Assembly (NCBI GenBank): GCA_002269645.1
Contig: NIVC01003678.1
Span: 19,314-83,313, forward strand
DNA: 64,000 nucleotides
Direction: 5' to 3'
Origin: Macrostomum lignano
Lineage: Eukaryota
Below the pieces are notes generated by a model. That model saw only the letters and a program-made list of their open reading frames with translations, ran no database searches and had not been told where the DNA came from. Position numbers and translations under genes: made by a program. Numbering within the stretch: the first letter of the stretch is position 1; the number at the start of each line of letters is the position of its first letter. Positions 63,270-64,000 of the stretch are shown here, piece after piece.

Positions 63270-64000
63270 TTAGCTACAGGTCTACCTACCGATCTACCTG
63301 AATTAGCCACAGATCTGCCTATCGATCTACCTTAATTAGCCACAGATCTGCCTACCGATCTAACCTGAATTAGCCACAGATCTGCCTACCGATCTACCTG
63401 AATTAGCCACAGATCTGCCTACCGATCTACCTGAATTAGCCACAGATCTGCCTACCGATCTATCTGAATTAGCCACAGATCTGCCTACCGATCTACCTGA
63501 ATTAGCCACAGATCTGCCTACCGATCTACCTGAATTAGCCACAGATCTGCCTACCGATCTACCTGAATTAGCCACAGATCTGCCTACCGATCTACCTGAA
63601 TTAGCCACAGATCTGCCTACCGATCTACCTGAATTAGCCACAGATCTGCCTACCGATCTACTGAATTAGCTACTAATCTACCTTAATTAGCTACTAATCT
63701 GCCTGAATTAGCTACAGATCTACCTGAATTAGCTACAGATCTACCTGAATTAGCCACAGATCTACCTGAATTAGCTACAAACCTACTGCCGATCTACCTG
63801 GATTAGCCACAGATGTACCTACCGATCTACCTGAATTAGCTACAAATCTATCTACCGATCTACCTGAATTAGCCACAGATCTACCTGAATTAGCTACTAA
63901 TCTTCCTGAGTTAGCTACAGATCTACCTGAATTAGCTTCAGATCTACCTACCGATCTACCTTAATTAGCTACTAATCTATCTGAATTAGCTACTCATCTA
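63270..64000. repeat. 33-bp minisatellite (ACCTGAATTAGCCACAGATCTGCCTACCGATCT)
   Basis: Tandem array running to the end of the window. Confidence 0.96.

Overview
Eukaryotic (animal) genomic DNA with spliceosomal GT-AG introns. The GC-rich exons and minisatellite-filled introns resemble a free-living flatworm such as Macrostomum, but that is inference only. Five host genes can be reconstructed by eye: an orphan putative membrane-protein gene (+, from 3037); a CXXC1/CFP1-like PHD+CXXC gene (-, 7208-11793); an EEIG1/FAM102-like NT-C2 gene (-, 16303-36757); head-to-head with it, a 7-exon SCaMC Ca2+-binding mitochondrial carrier gene (+, 37376-55438); and the first two exons of a PICALM/AP180 ANTH gene (+, from 58703). 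Mobile elements: two RTE-like LINE fragments, a tRNA-derived SINE, three TIR MITEs, an apparently intact FLYWCH-MULE transposon, a decayed Merlin element and a 5'-truncated Ty3/Gypsy element. Two observations stand out. (1) The Gypsy element carries an extra ORF with an HPD-intact DnaJ/J-domain between integrase and the 3' LTR. (2) A TSD-flanked ~440 bp insert has two inverted arms with hammerhead-ribozyme-like (Penelope-type) cores that enclose a 216 bp near-perfect copy of exon 1 of the neighbouring EEIG1-like gene. Four 1-bp deletions in conserved exons suggest residual long-read errors. All coordinates were read manually and may be off by a few bases.
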